Assembly: GCA_902605165.1 (NCBI GenBank)
Contig: CACLBJ010000002.1
Location: forward strand, 22,794 to 86,793
Direction of reading: 5' to 3'
Source of the DNA: an uncultured SAR86 cluster bacterium
GTDB taxonomy: Bacteria > Pseudomonadota > Gammaproteobacteria > Magnimaribacterales > D2472
DNA: 64,000 nt
Made by a program: the position numbers and the translations under genes. This document shows, piece after piece, positions 36,536 to 45,834 of this stretch. A model generated the notes under the pieces. The model saw only the letters and a program-made list of their open reading frames with translations, was not told where the DNA came from and ran no database searches. The first letter of the stretch is position 1. The number at the start of each line of letters is the position of its first letter.

Positions 36536-38614
36536 ATGGATAATACGTTTACTGTTTTAAAAAATGTTAATTTTGGTCTAAAAGGCCTTGTTTTTAGCTT
36601 ATTTATAGCTTTTTCAACTATTTCAGTCGCTGATGAATATAAACCAATACCCCTTGATAAGTTGGTATGTTACGGACAAGGCACACAACAACAATTATCA
36701 CCTTCTGGAGAGTTTCTAGCAGCAATGGTCCCAGTTGATGAAAATGTTTGCGATATTAAGGATGAAACTGATCAAGAAATGATGGCAACTGATAGAGTTC
36801 TTGTTGTTACAAATCTTGAAACAATGGAAGCTAAAGTAATCTCAGGAACAACTCCTGGAAGCGCTGTTACAAGCTTCAGATGGTTGGACAATGAAAAGCT
36901 TTTAGTTTCAAGGGATTCAAGAGCTGGGTTTGATTCTGCAAGCATGTATACCGTTGATAAGGATGGCAAAAATACTACGCTTTTAATTAAAGCAAAAGCA
37001 TTTAGAAATAAACCAGGCTATCAAATACCAAGCTTGTATGGCATATATCCAAGAGTCCCTGGCAAGGTAATGATTAGCTTGTTTAATACTGGCAGCAGAT
37101 CAAGAGATTTATATTGGCTTGACCTAAAGACTAAAAGAACTGAACTTGTTGCCAGAGAGCCTTCTGTTCCTGGCGAACTTGTAACAGGTTGGTTGCTAGA
37201 CTGGGAAGGAGTCCCATATGGGTTTGAAACTTTTATGGAAGAAGGACCTAATAAAGGTATAGAAACAACTTTTTATAGATTTACTGATAATGGTGAATAT
37301 GAAAAAGTTAATTCGTGCATGCATCAAGCTGCTTGCTTCTTTCCACAAAGCTTTGATATAGACAACAAATCTCTTTTAGGTGTTGGTCAAGCAGTATCTC
37401 CAAATGGAACTATAAAAAATGAAACTGATACAAATGCCTTGTGGGCTGTTGATGCAGAAACAGGAGAATATCTGGAAATGATCTACCACGATCCTGATTA
37501 TGATTTATCAAGTCCCATGCATGGAATGAATTCAATGAGTATGTGGTTTTCATCAGATGGATATGATCTCTATGGATTCTCTTATGAGGGAGCTAAGACA
37601 GAAAAAGTTTACTTTGATGAATATTTTGCATCCGTAGATAAGTCGTTGGAAGGTATTTTTCCTGACCATGAAGTAAGAATAAGAGATTGGAGTGATGATT
37701 TAACAAGATTTTTATTTAGTGTTTCAAGCGACAAGGATCCTGGAAGTACATATCTTTTTGATCTTTCAAAAGGAAAAGTATCACTAATATCCGAATCAGC
37801 ACCATGGATAAAAAACTATCAATTAGCCACTATGGAGCCCTTTACATATATGAGCAGAGACGGAATTAAGTTACATGGCTATATTACTTTGCCTCCAACC
37901 TATAAAGAAGGAGATAAAATTCCATTTATTATCCACCCGCATGGTGGCCCTAATGCCAGAGATTATTGGGGATATAACCCTGAGGTTCAATTCTATGCAA
38001 CTCGTGGTTATGGAGTTATACAAATGGACTATAGAGGCTCAACAGGTTATGGAAGAGAAGAAATGATCCTTGCTAATCACCAAATGGGTAAAAAGATGCA
38101 AGAAGATAAATATGATGCTCTGATGTGGGCAAATGAACAAGGTTATGTTGACATGGATAATGTTTGTATTTCTGGAGCATCCTATGGAGGGTATGCTGCA
38201 ATGCAGGCAGCCACTAAAAATCCTGAGCTTTTTAAGTGTATTATTGCTTATGTTGGTGTTTACGATTTAACAAGCATGGATTTAAGAGGTCTCAGGTGGA
38301 GTGATTTGGGAATGCCAATGGAATACATTGAAAAAGGTGATCCTAGAGATCCGGATGACTATAAGAATCTTTATGAAAATAGCCCATTATTCTTTGCTCA
38401 AAATGTTGAAGATCCTATTTTAATTATTACAGGAAGGCGAGATAACCAAGTAAGGTTCCAAGAAACAGTGGATATGGTTAACGAACTAAAGAAATATAAT
38501 AAAGATTACAAATATATAATTAAAGGAGATGAGGGGCACGGCTTTAGGAATGAAACAGCTAACCTCGAACTTTATGAAGATTATGAGGAGTTCTTAGGAG
38601 AACACCTTAATTAG
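36536..38614 (+). CDS. S9 family serine peptidase (prolyl oligopeptidase/dipeptidyl peptidase-like), exported
   Basis: Signal peptide and an N-terminal beta-propeller-like region. The C-terminal catalytic domain has [11 protein letters not shown] (GxSxGG), RRDNQV and GDEGHGF. Confidence 0.85.
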   Translation: MDNTFTVLKNVNFGLKGLVFSLFIAFSTISVADEYKPIPLDKLVCYGQGTQQQLSPSGEFLAAMVPVDENVCDIKDETDQEMMATDRVLVVTNLETMEAKVISGTTPGSAVTSFRWLDNEKLLVSRDSRAGFDSASMYTVDKDGKNTTLLIKAKAFRNKPGYQIPSLYGIYPRVPGKVMISLFNTGSRSRDLYWLDLKTKRTELVAREPSVPGELVTGWLLDWEGVPYGFETFMEEGPNKGIETTFYRFTDNGEYEKVNSCMHQAACFFPQSFDIDNKSLLGVGQAVSPNGTIKNETDTNALWAVDAETGEYLEMIYHDPDYDLSSPMHGMNSMSMWFSSDGYDLYGFSYEGAKTEKVYFDEYFASVDKSLEGIFPDHEVRIRDWSDDLTRFLFSVSSDKDPGSTYLFDLSKGKVSLISESAPWIKNYQLATMEPFTYMSRDGIKLHGYITLPPTYKEGDKIPFIIHPHGGPNARDYWGYNPEVQFYATRGYGVIQMDYRGSTGYGREEMILANHQMGKKMQEDKYDALMWANEQGYVDMDNVCISGASYGGYAAMQAATKNPELFKCIIAYVGVYDLTSMDLRGLRWSDLGMPMEYIEKGDPRDPDDYKNLYENSPLFFAQNVEDPILIITGRRDNQVRFQETVDMVNELKKYNKDYKYIIKGDEGHGFRNETANLELYEDYEEFLGEHLN

Positions 38615-39774
38615 AAACTTGAAATATTAGTTTGTTTTTGACCAAGTATGAGGGCATGAATATCACTTGTGCCCTCGTAAGTATTAACTGCCTCCAAATT
38701 CATTGAGTGCCTCACAACGTGATACTCATCACTAATTCCGTTTCCACCATGAATATCTCTTGCTGACCTGGCAATCTCAAGAGCTTTTTGACAATTATTC
38801 CTTTTTATAAGCGAGATCATCTCAGGAACAAAATTATCTTCGTCAATCAACCTGCCTACTCTTAAGGCAGCCTGCATACCTAATGAAATTTCAGTTTGCA
38901 TATCAGCAAGCTTTTTCTGAATAAGTTGTTTAGATGCTAAGGGTGAATTAAATTGATTTCTATCAAGAGTGTATTCAAGTGATTTCTCCCAGCAGAATTC
39001 AGCGGCTCCCATTACTCCCCAAGCAATTCCATATCTCGCAGAATTAAGACAAGTAAATGGGCCCTTAAAACTTTGCACCTCAGGAAGCACCTTATCTTCG
39101 GAAACAAATACTTGATCCATAAATATCATCCCAGTCGCAGATGCGCGCAATGCAAATTTACCATCCAAATAAGGAGTCTCTAATCCCTTAGCCTCCTCTC
39201 TTTCTAAAATAAATCCTCTCAAGACACCCTGCTCATCTTTTGCCCATATAATAAATAAGTCAGCTATTGGAGAATTTGTTATCCAAGTCTTAGATCCGGT
39301 TAGTTCGAATCCTCCATCTACTTTTTTTGCAACTGATTTCATGCCAGCAGGATCTGATCCAGCATCTGGTTCGGTAAGACCAAAGCATCCAATAATTTTT
39401 CCTTTAGCCATTTCAGGGAGGTAATGCTCTTTCTGCTCTTCTGAACCAAACTTATAAATTGCATACATCGCCAGTGAAGACTGCACACTAAAAGCTGATC
39501 TATAGCTAGAATCAACTCTTTCAATCTCTCTAGCAATTAAGCCATAAGCAACATTACTAACTCCAGAACAGCCATACCCTTTTATATGTGGCCCAAGCAA
39601 TCCAAGCTCTGCAAGCTCTTTATAAATTTCTTTATCAAAAAGCTCTTCTCTATTAGCTTTTTGAATTCTTGGCATAAGAGATTTATCACAATAATCTCTT
39701 ACACTTTTTTGAATAGCAAGCTCCTCCTCAGTAAGCTGCTGATCAAAAAGAAGTAAGTCTGGAAGTTTGCTCAT
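38611..39774 (-). CDS. gcdH: Acyl-CoA dehydrogenase, glutaryl-CoA dehydrogenase-like
   Basis: 387 aa. [12 protein letters not shown], the TWITNSP-like segment ([11 protein letters not shown]) and [13 protein letters not shown] resemble GCDH. The substrate assignment is tentative. Confidence 0.7.
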   Translation of the reverse strand: MSKLPDLLLFDQQLTEEELAIQKSVRDYCDKSLMPRIQKANREELFDKEIYKELAELGLLGPHIKGYGCSGVSNVAYGLIAREIERVDSSYRSAFSVQSSLAMYAIYKFGSEEQKEHYLPEMAKGKIIGCFGLTEPDAGSDPAGMKSVAKKVDGGFELTGSKTWITNSPIADLFIIWAKDEQGVLRGFILEREEAKGLETPYLDGKFALRASATGMIFMDQVFVSEDKVLPEVQSFKGPFTCLNSARYGIAWGVMGAAEFCWEKSLEYTLDRNQFNSPLASKQLIQKKLADMQTEISLGMQAALRVGRLIDEDNFVPEMISLIKRNNCQKALEIARSARDIHGGNGISDEYHVVRHSMNLEAVNTYEGTSDIHALILGQKQTNISSF

Positions 39775-39788
39775 GCCATTATTATAAA

Positions 39789-40022
39789 TTAAATTTTCTC
39801 AACTCTGATTAATCCAAACCTAATATCTTGATATTTTATTTCATTTACATCTAGGCAGGATTTTGTAATGGAAATCATCTTAACACTGTTGCCACAAATA
39901 ATTACTAGAGGAATCAATTCTTGATTTCTTAAAACAAAATCAAGAACAAGTTCATCAACTTCATGATGCCTAACTCCATGAAGATCTAAATGAGTGATTC
40001 CATTCTCAACAAAAGTTTTCAT
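39789..40022 (-). CDS. Minimal Smr-like domain protein (77 aa)
   Basis: [22 protein letters not shown] matches the Smr LDLHG signature. The usual downstream H-G-x-G is replaced by ICGNS. Confidence 0.4.
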   Translation of the reverse strand: MKTFVENGITHLDLHGVRHHEVDELVLDFVLRNQELIPLVIICGNSVKMISITKSCLDVNEIKYQDIRFGLIRVEKI

Positions 40023-40042
40023 AAAACCATTATAATTTGCTT

Positions 40043-40630
40043 ATGGCCAAGGTTCACTTTTTTTACTCAACCATGAATGCTGGTAAATCTACTGCATTGC
40101 TGCAGTCTGCTCACAACTATCATGAAACCGGAAACGAAACAATTTTATTTATTCCAAGAGAAGATGCTGACAAGAATTCGGGATTAATCAAATCAAGAAT
40201 TGGATTAAGCGCTACAGCGGTAGTAATTAATTCAGAGCTAAAAATCTACGAATATGTAAAAAAAGAACTTTCACAAAGAAAGGTTGATGCAATCCTTGTT
40301 GACGAAGCTCAATTTTTAAAGAAGCATCATGTTTTGCAAATGTGCAAAGTATGTGATGAATTAGAAATTCCAGTAATGTGCTATGGCATAAGAACAGATT
40401 TTAGAGGAGAGTTATTTGAAGGTAGTGCAACACTGCTTGCGTTAGCAGATAACCTAATCGAGCTCAAAACGGTTTGTAATGTTTGCAGTAGAAAGGCAAC
40501 AATGGTTGTAAGGCTAGACGAGAACGGAAAGGTTATCACTAAAGGTTCAAAAGTTCAGATTGGCGGCAATGATGTATATAGAGTCTTATGCAGAAAGCAC
40601 TTTAATGAAGCTACAAAACTACTAGATTGA
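40043..40630 (+). CDS. tdk: Thymidine kinase
   Basis: MAKVHFFYSTMNAGKST aligns with the E. coli Tdk N-terminus (MAQLYFYYSAMNAGKS). VDEAQF and a C-terminal Zn ribbon (CNVCSRKA..VLCRKH) are present. I chose the ATG at 40043 rather than TTG 40037. Confidence 0.9.
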   Translation: MAKVHFFYSTMNAGKSTALLQSAHNYHETGNETILFIPREDADKNSGLIKSRIGLSATAVVINSELKIYEYVKKELSQRKVDAILVDEAQFLKKHHVLQMCKVCDELEIPVMCYGIRTDFRGELFEGSATLLALADNLIELKTVCNVCSRKATMVVRLDENGKVITKGSKVQIGGNDVYRVLCRKHFNEATKLLD

Positions 40631-40638
40631 AACCTTTT

Positions 40639-41415
40639 TCAAGACCACATACTTGCGCCACCGCAAATTGTTAAAGCTTGGCCTGTCATAAAAGAACTTT
40701 CATCCGAAGCAAGAAAAACTGCAACACCTTTAAAATCATCTGCTTCACCAAGTCTTCTTAATGGCATTCTCTGACTTGAAGCTTTTTCAGCTTCTGGGTT
40801 TTCCCATAAAAGTTTTGAAAAATCTGTTTTAACTAGGCCTGGGCAAATTGCATTAACTCTTATGTTTGATGGACCTAATTCAGAAGCATAGTTTCTTACT
40901 AAACCCAAAACAGCAAGCTTTGAAATACTATATGTCCCCAAAGTTTCTGAGGCATGGAATGCAGCAATGCTTGAAGTAATCATGATTGATCCACCGCCAG
41001 ATTCTTTCATAGAAGGTGTAACCATATTTATTAACCAATGATTAGACTTAACATTTGTATCCATGGTTTTATCATATGATTCATCATCTATTTCCGACAT
41101 TGATCCAAAAAATGAATTTACTCCAGCATTACATACCAAAGTTGAGATAGACCCAAGCTTAGATATTGAAAAATCTACAAGATCTTGTAATTGATCTTTG
41201 CTTGATGCATTGCATGCGAAAGCAAATGCTTTTTGATGACCAATGGATTCGTTTATAGCATTTGCAGCTTCTTCACATTGGTCAAGTTTCCTGCTAGATA
41301 TAACAACATTAGCACCATGATTAACTAAACCTTCAGCCATAGCTAGCCCCATTCCTTTAGAAGCACCTGTAAGCAAAACATTCTTATTTTGAAGGTCAAA
41401 AAGTTTTTTAGACAT
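40639..41415 (-). CDS. SDR family oxidoreductase
   Basis: TGASKGMGLAMA, NAGV and YSISKLAV (YxxxK). 258 aa. Confidence 0.85.
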   Translation of the reverse strand: MSKKLFDLQNKNVLLTGASKGMGLAMAEGLVNHGANVVISSRKLDQCEEAANAINESIGHQKAFAFACNASSKDQLQDLVDFSISKLGSISTLVCNAGVNSFFGSMSEIDDESYDKTMDTNVKSNHWLINMVTPSMKESGGGSIMITSSIAAFHASETLGTYSISKLAVLGLVRNYASELGPSNIRVNAICPGLVKTDFSKLLWENPEAEKASSQRMPLRRLGEADDFKGVAVFLASDESSFMTGQALTICGGASMWS

Positions 41416-41431
41416 TTAATAAGTATAAATG

Positions 41432-41456
41432 AAAAAAGGGAGCGAACTCCCTTTTA
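41432..41456 (-). terminator. Rho-independent terminator after the acidic lipoprotein gene
   Basis: Minus strand reads AAAAGGGAG-UUCG-CUCCC-UUUUUU, starting ~20 nt after the stop at 41475. Confidence 0.6.
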
Positions 41457-41474
41457 AAGTTAAGCAAAATAAAC

Positions 41475-42260
41475 TTATGAAGATGGTTGAACTATGGGAT
41501 AACCCTCAAATTCAACTATCTGACAAGACTCTATCTCATCAAATTGAGATTGAAGATCAGTTTCTGAATATGCAGCATAACCAGCTTCCCTTTCATCATT
41601 GTTTTGCCAATAAAATCCAATCATATAGTCATATCCACTATCAACAGAACCTTCTACGCCTGAGGTATCGAAAAGAGGATCATGCCATGCATACCACATA
41701 CTATCTTTTTCCCTACCATCAACCCAAGCATCAAAATTTGCCATCACAGGTCGAAGCTCATCAAAGCCATTACCATCTGCGAAAGTACAAAAATGATAAT
41801 CTGCGTTAAAGGGAGGTTCATCTGACCATTCAACACCAGGTTGCATTCCAGCAGTCCCAGTGAAATGAAACACTTTGTCTTCCTGACAATCAAGAGTGTC
41901 ATTGTGAGCAGCTTCAAAATCTTCAGCGCTATTTGCTGCCCAATCTTCCCAACCTGCATTTCTTGAATCTTCATCTGACCAAACATTCAGCCAAACTGCA
42001 TCATAATTATCAGTCTCAAATGTTGGAATATAAGCCCATGCACTTACAACAGGATTTTCAGAGTTGTTTGTGACTTCATTAAAATCTGCACGAAGTGCAT
42101 TTAAAGTTTCTGGAGAAGTATTTGGTCCATAATCACACCACATATACTCCAAAAGAACGCTCTCAACTTCTACACTCTCTGCAGCCTCAGTTTCAGAAGA
42201 CTGATTTGAGCAACCAAAAACGAACAATAATGCTGTTAAGTAAAAAATATTTTTATTCAT
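41475..42260 (-). CDS. Acidic lipoprotein of unknown function with an internal tandem duplication
   Basis: Signal and lipobox LLFVFGCSN. Two ~100-aa halves align: YMWCDYG..ETLNALRADFNEV..AWAYIPTFET..WSDEDSRNAGWEDW versus YHFCTFA..DELRPVMANFDAWV..YAWHDPLFDT..WQNNDEREAGYAAY. The overlapping plus-strand ORF 41429-41809 is rejected. Confidence 0.6.
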   Translation of the reverse strand: MNKNIFYLTALLFVFGCSNQSSETEAAESVEVESVLLEYMWCDYGPNTSPETLNALRADFNEVTNNSENPVVSAWAYIPTFETDNYDAVWLNVWSDEDSRNAGWEDWAANSAEDFEAAHNDTLDCQEDKVFHFTGTAGMQPGVEWSDEPPFNADYHFCTFADGNGFDELRPVMANFDAWVDGREKDSMWYAWHDPLFDTSGVEGSVDSGYDYMIGFYWQNNDEREAGYAAYSETDLQSQFDEIESCQIVEFEGYPIVQPSS

Positions 42261-42327
42261 AAAATTTCCTCCATTTAAAAATAATACATCAATTTGTTTG
42301 AAAATTTATTATGTTTATAAAAAAAAC

Positions 42328-43278
42328 TTAATTTTGACAATTATTTTCTTGATAAAGGTTTAAGATTGCTTCTCTTTCATCAGAGTCAAGGCTAAGCCTA
42401 AATTCAGATTTTATATTGAGCCATTTATTTAAATATTCACAGTAGTAAGAGGAGTTGTTTGGCATCCAATCTGATGGGTCTGATGAGCCCTTGCTTGCAT
42501 TAGATGAACCCCCGACTGCAATTAAGAGATCATCAAAATCAATATTATTAGCAAACTTTAATTTTCTTGAAGCCGGGAAGCTCCATGCTCCACTTTTATG
42601 AGCCTCAAATAGAGCAACAACATGGTCTATTTGCACTTCTGAAGAAGAAAAATAATAAAGGTTGTCATAGGGATCAAACCATTTCCCAGAATTAACAAAA
42701 CATCCATCTGAAGAAAAAACTAAGGGATGATTGGAATCGTCATCAATATGCTCAGATTCAAGCACTTCATGCCTATTACTCTGACAATCACCATCCCAAT
42801 CTTGCCATGTTGGATAATCATTTGATCTATCATATTCAACAGTTGTATTTTCCTCTTCAAAACAAACTGTTTTGCCTAAAAAACTATCTGAACAAACTCT
42901 CAATAGAAAAACTGAAAGTGTTTGAGTAATTGAAACAATATTATCAGTAACATTAATCAAAATTGAGAACTCATTCTTATCAAAATAGCTGGGGGGCTGA
43001 TTAAAGGTAATTACTCCTTCATTGGTTATAGAAAAATAGGAAGGGTCATTCCCTGAGAGGCTATATTGAAGTATATCTCCATCATTGTCACTAGCAGAAA
43101 TGGTAGCAACAGATAATTGCATTTCATCAACCTCAACCTCACCAATAGTGTTTTGAAAAAAGGGAGAGGTATTTGAAATCTGAGGCGTTGCATCTGATCC
43201 GCTTCCGCCACCACAAGAGTAAATAAAACTAATTGTAACAATAAATGGAAATATTGATCTCAAGACAAAATATTTCAT
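42328..43278 (-). CDS. Lipoprotein: cadherin-like repeat fused to a DUF1524 (His-Me/HNH-type) nuclease domain
   Basis: The preferred start MKYFVLRSIFPFIVTISFIYSCGGGSGS (ATG 43278) removes the overlap with the divergent SDR gene. Cadherin-like segment: ISASDNDGDILQYSLSGNDPSYFSITNEGVITF...ILINVTDN. DUF1524 core: VQIDHVVALFEAHKSGAW...FANN..DLLIAVGGSSNASKGSSDPSDWMP. Confidence 0.7.
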   Translation of the reverse strand: MKYFVLRSIFPFIVTISFIYSCGGGSGSDATPQISNTSPFFQNTIGEVEVDEMQLSVATISASDNDGDILQYSLSGNDPSYFSITNEGVITFNQPPSYFDKNEFSILINVTDNIVSITQTLSVFLLRVCSDSFLGKTVCFEEENTTVEYDRSNDYPTWQDWDGDCQSNRHEVLESEHIDDDSNHPLVFSSDGCFVNSGKWFDPYDNLYYFSSSEVQIDHVVALFEAHKSGAWSFPASRKLKFANNIDFDDLLIAVGGSSNASKGSSDPSDWMPNNSSYYCEYLNKWLNIKSEFRLSLDSDEREAILNLYQENNCQN

Positions 43279-43312
43279 AAAAAAGATTATAATCCCAATT
43301 AAAAAGATTAAG

Positions 43313-44062
43313 ATGAAAAAAGCATTAATCACAGGAGCTTCCTCAGGAATTGGTTTTGAATATGCAAAGCATTTAGACCAAAATGGTTGGTCTTTAGATT
43401 TAGTTTCCTATAGCGAAGATAGATCAAGAATAGCAAGAGAATCTTTCCAAGATAGTAACAATAATTATTATCATCTAGACCTTTCAAGAAAAGACTCTGT
43501 TCTGGAGTTACTTGAAAAAGTAGATTGTCCAGATCTTGTTGTTGCTAATGCCGGCATTACAATGGTGAGCAAGGCTGGTGAGAGCTCATCATTGCAAAGA
43601 GATGATTTGTATTATCTTTTATGTGGAGGAGTGATTGATTTAATTGAGGGGTTACTACCGAGGTTAAGAGAAAAAGATACTTCAAGGATCGTTATCATCT
43701 CAAGTATTGGAGCAGTTACTCCAATGCCTAAATCTTCATTATATGCATCCGCAAAATCTGGTATTTACGCATATGGAAGATCAATTGGTGAGGAGCTGGC
43801 AAATGAGAAAATTTCTGTAACTATATCACTCCCGGGATATGTCAAAACTAATGCTCATAAAAGGGCTGGTCTTGATCATCTTGAAAAGAAAATCCCTTTT
43901 TGGATGTGGGTATCTGCTGAGAAGGTTGTAAGGATGACTGAAAAAGCTTCTTTGGCTGGAAAGAGTACAGTTATTCCTGGTTTAGCTTATAAGCTAGTGA
44001 AACCATTTCTAGGTTTGGACATTACCTCAAAGTTATGGAAAATTTTGAATAAAAGAAACTAG
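43313..44062 (+). CDS. SDR family oxidoreductase
   Basis: TGASSGIGFEYA, NAGI and YASAKSGI (YxxxK). 249 aa. Confidence 0.8.
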   Translation: MKKALITGASSGIGFEYAKHLDQNGWSLDLVSYSEDRSRIARESFQDSNNNYYHLDLSRKDSVLELLEKVDCPDLVVANAGITMVSKAGESSSLQRDDLYYLLCGGVIDLIEGLLPRLREKDTSRIVIISSIGAVTPMPKSSLYASAKSGIYAYGRSIGEELANEKISVTISLPGYVKTNAHKRAGLDHLEKKIPFWMWVSAEKVVRMTEKASLAGKSTVIPGLAYKLVKPFLGLDITSKLWKILNKRN

Positions 44063-44064
44063 AT

Positions 44065-45171
44065 CTAATTTTCTCTAGATTTAAAGAAATTCCATATTTG
44101 AATAAACAAATCTATATCTTGATCAAATTGGATGGTGTGCCCAGAGTCCAAGACTATAAAATATTTCACTTCATTATTTTGCAAGCAACCTGAAAAGGTA
44201 AATGCATTTACTGTTTTGCTGCCCCATTGAAGAATTTCTTCTTGAGGACTCATAGAGCAACCAAAATTTAATGCCCAATTCTCTGCGCTTCCTGAAGCAG
44301 ACATAAAGTTTGTATTTGCCACCCCCATTCCACCATTGACTGGAACTAAGTTATCACTATCTCCATTCACTTGAAAAACTGATAAAACCCCTTCGGGGAT
44401 GATGTTACCAATGTCTACAGTTTGTTGGCTTATTAGGGGAGCTATCCCCTTAAATGTGAATGTTTCCTTGCCTATTTTATTAACAATGCCAGAGCCATTT
44501 GAGATTCCAACTCCATAGACTTTTTCAAGATTGAAGATTGTATTAGAGCTAATGTCATTAATTATACTTTTAAAGAAATCAACATCATTTGCTGCTGTCT
44601 CATTGTTGACATTCCATTTATTCTGGTAACCAGATGGGAAGATTCCTATGAAATTTCCTTCATCTATTAAATTAATAACAGCTTGATGCCTATTTAGCTC
44701 CCCTTCACCATTCCCGCCAGCTCCATGAAAAAAGAAAACTAATGGATAGCTACTATCAGAGGGGTTTAGTGGATATCTTATGAAGAACTCTCTATCTTGA
44801 AGCACCCCGCCAATAGACTGTTGAATTATCTTTTTTTGAACAACATATCCAATAACATTTTTTGAGACGCTTATTGACCCGTTATCCCCATTACAGTTTA
44901 GAGTAAAGGTGTTTGCGCCTATTTTTAATATTTGAACATCAGCTGACCCATTGAGGGACTTTTCTCCAGTCCAGTCTCCTGAAGCAGAACAAGAATCCAC
45001 ATTCTGAGTTGTCCAGTTAAGAGATATACTTTTTGTAATTAGCTGCTCATCTAAACTGGAAGATAAATTTATGATAGGACTATAATTCTGAGGTATTTCT
45101 GATACACCGCCACCGCCTCCACAAGAACTAATTAAAAAAAGAAGAATAAATAAATTTAGTTTCTTCATCAT
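44065..45171 (-). CDS. Exported esterase lipoprotein (PHB-depolymerase/LpqC-like alpha/beta hydrolase) with N-terminal beta-rich domain
   Basis: Lipobox LISSCGGGGG, oxyanion-region LVFFFHGAGGNGEG and nucleophile elbow GISNGSG. The start at ATG 45171 gives a 4-nt ATGA overlap with the aroK stop; the track ORF extends to 45210. Confidence 0.6.
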   Translation of the reverse strand: MMKKLNLFILLFLISSCGGGGGVSEIPQNYSPIINLSSSLDEQLITKSISLNWTTQNVDSCSASGDWTGEKSLNGSADVQILKIGANTFTLNCNGDNGSISVSKNVIGYVVQKKIIQQSIGGVLQDREFFIRYPLNPSDSSYPLVFFFHGAGGNGEGELNRHQAVINLIDEGNFIGIFPSGYQNKWNVNNETAANDVDFFKSIINDISSNTIFNLEKVYGVGISNGSGIVNKIGKETFTFKGIAPLISQQTVDIGNIIPEGVLSVFQVNGDSDNLVPVNGGMGVANTNFMSASGSAENWALNFGCSMSPQEEILQWGSKTVNAFTFSGCLQNNEVKYFIVLDSGHTIQFDQDIDLFIQIWNFFKSREN

Positions 45172-45671
45172 AACTTTTGATGAATTAGATCTAGAATTTT
45201 TTTTAAGCACTCTTCTTGGCTAGAATCATTTTCAACTTCAAAGTCTGCAAAGTGCTTATATAGAGATTGCCTTTCTACAAATGCTTCTTGAATGGTTTGA
45301 TCTGAGCTTTTTAGGAATCCTCTTTCAGAAAAATTAGATACTCTTTCAACAATTTTGTTATATGGAGCCTCAATAAAGATTATAGAAGATCTGCTTCTTA
45401 TATAGTTCATTGCTAATTCAGAAAAAATTGCACTTCCACCTGTAGCTAAAATAGTATTATTAAATTCAATAGACATAAGCGCTTTTTCTTCTATTTTTAA
45501 AAAGTTATTTTTGCCAAACCTGTCCAAAACTTGTTGCAATGATTCCTGGTATTCGGTTTCGATTACTAAGTCACTATCGATAAAGCTAAATCCTAAATGG
45601 TCTGCAAGTTTTTTACCGATTGATGACTTGCCTACACCTGCCATTCCTACTAATGATATTGATTTCTTCAT
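45168..45671 (-). CDS. aroK: Shikimate kinase
   Basis: LVGMAGVGKSSIGKKLA (Walker A), DSDLVIE and ATGGSA motifs. 167 aa. Confidence 0.85.
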   Translation of the reverse strand: MKKSISLVGMAGVGKSSIGKKLADHLGFSFIDSDLVIETEYQESLQQVLDRFGKNNFLKIEEKALMSIEFNNTILATGGSAIFSELAMNYIRSRSSIIFIEAPYNKIVERVSNFSERGFLKSSDQTIQEAFVERQSLYKHFADFEVENDSSQEECLKKILDLIHQKL

Positions 45672-45682
45672 TTTGACTTAAC

Positions 45683-45758
45683 TGGTGGAGCTAAACGGGT
45701 TCGAACCGTTGACCTTCTGGCTGCCAGCCAGACGCTCTCCCAACTGAGCTATAGCCCC
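45683..45758 (-). tRNA. tRNA-Ala (anticodon GGC)
   Basis: The reverse complement reads GGGGCTATAGCTCAGTTGGGAGAGCGTCTGGCTGGCAGCCAGAAGGTCAACGGTTCGAACCCGTTTAGCTCCACCA. G3:U70 identity pair is present, the anticodon loop is CTGGCAG, and CCA is encoded. Confidence 0.95.
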
Positions 45759-45834
45759 AAAAGATTCTAAATCTTACCTAAGTATATTTTTGAAGTAAAT
45801 ATTTATTTATTGAAGGTGAATTAACTTGATGAGT

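Noticed and set aside
41429-41809. 126-aa plus-strand ORF overlapping the acidic lipoprotein gene
   Set aside because: It has odd His/Gln-rich composition and no signal or motif. The minus-strand frame has a lipoprotein signal, an internal duplication and a downstream terminator, so the minus-strand gene is preferred.
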